Assembly: GCA_005239675.1 (NCBI GenBank)
Contig: SBBO01000021.1
Span: 1 to 58,350 of the forward strand
Origin: Planctomycetales bacterium
Lineage (GTDB): Bacteria > Omnitrophota > Gorgyraeia > Zapsychrales > Zapsychraceae
Reading direction: 5' to 3'
DNA length: 58,350 nt
Shown here piece by piece: positions 58,304 through 58,350 of this stretch (position 1 is its first letter; each line of letters begins with the position of its first letter). A program made the position numbers and the translations under genes. The notes beneath the pieces are model-generated. The model worked only from the letters and a program-made list of their open reading frames with translations. It made no database searches and was not told the DNA's origin.

Positions 58304-58341
58304 ACGTAAACCTTTTCCCGTTCGGGTTAAAAGGTTTACGT
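58304..58341. repeat. 38-nt near-perfect inverted repeat / long hairpin
   Basis: ACGTAAACCTTTT-CCC-GTTC-GGG-TT-AAAAGGTTTACGT. 13-bp outer stem plus 3-bp inner stem with a TT bulge. Confidence 0.6.
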
Positions 58342-58350
58342 TTAAGGTAG

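Noticed and set aside
1-58350. Scan for CRISPR arrays, rRNA, transposases, integrases, inteins and programmed-frameshift genes
   Set aside because: No regularly spaced direct repeats, no rRNA-like segments and no DDE, tyrosine or serine recombinase motifs appear in any listed ORF. rpoB, rpoC, fusA and secY have uninterrupted conserved blocks. The only frame anomaly is the A9 junction reported as a finding.

Overview
All calls come from reading the sequence and recognising motifs in the supplied translations; no database search was run. This is a 58.35-kb bacterial chromosomal segment using the standard code (TGA, TAA and TAG all act as stops). Every gene I can support lies on the + strand.

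Positions 200-31116 form one uninterrupted transcription/translation super-cluster. In order: promoter, tRNA-Thr(GGU), rpmG, tRNA-Trp(CCA), secE, nusG, rplK-A-J-L, rpoB, rpoC, rpsL, rpsG, fusA, tuf, then the S10/spc/alpha operon genes from rpsJ through rplQ. There is no L30 gene, S14 is the short zinc type, and rpmJ (too short for the ORF track) sits at 27574-27687.

The remaining 27 kb is tightly packed housekeeping, in four blocks:
- An aminotransferase, a lone pilT, and an isocitrate/isopropylmalate-dehydrogenase-family gene.
- A seven-gene translationally coupled operon: PPP phosphatase, lipB, a free-standing lipoyl domain, a GT28 MGDG-synthase-like gene, an LpxL-like acyltransferase, a GT2 gene and a TonB-C protein.
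- DUF1844-like, Trm112-like, aroQ, M24B peptidase, efp, accB, accC, asp23, amaP, pfk, gmhA, heptose-1-P adenylyltransferase, ThiD2-like/thiE.
- tRNA-Gly(CCC), a LysM/M23 lipoprotein, an archaeal-type ATPase followed by four nucleotide phosphohydrolase genes (YfcE, HIT, dGTPase-like, GAF/HD-GYP), a SPOR protein, a small basic protein, an SH3b protein, an M50 protease and aroB.

I saw no rRNA, CRISPR array, transposase, integrase or recognisable defence island. The gene content (small basic protein, r-protein extensions, missing L30) suggests an uncultivated, possibly PVC-related lineage, but that cannot be established from this window.

The items most worth follow-up:
1. The 284-nt rpsD-rpoA spacer holds two tandem ~96-nt structured units and mutually exclusive pairings next to the rpoA Shine-Dalgarno (SD) sequence.
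2. The structured rpsN-rpsH spacer.
3. The lipB/free lipoyl domain/glycolipid operon.
4. The ATPase plus phosphohydrolase gene run, including a degenerate HD-GYP domain.
5. An A9 tract exactly at the ThiD2-like/ThiE frame junction.
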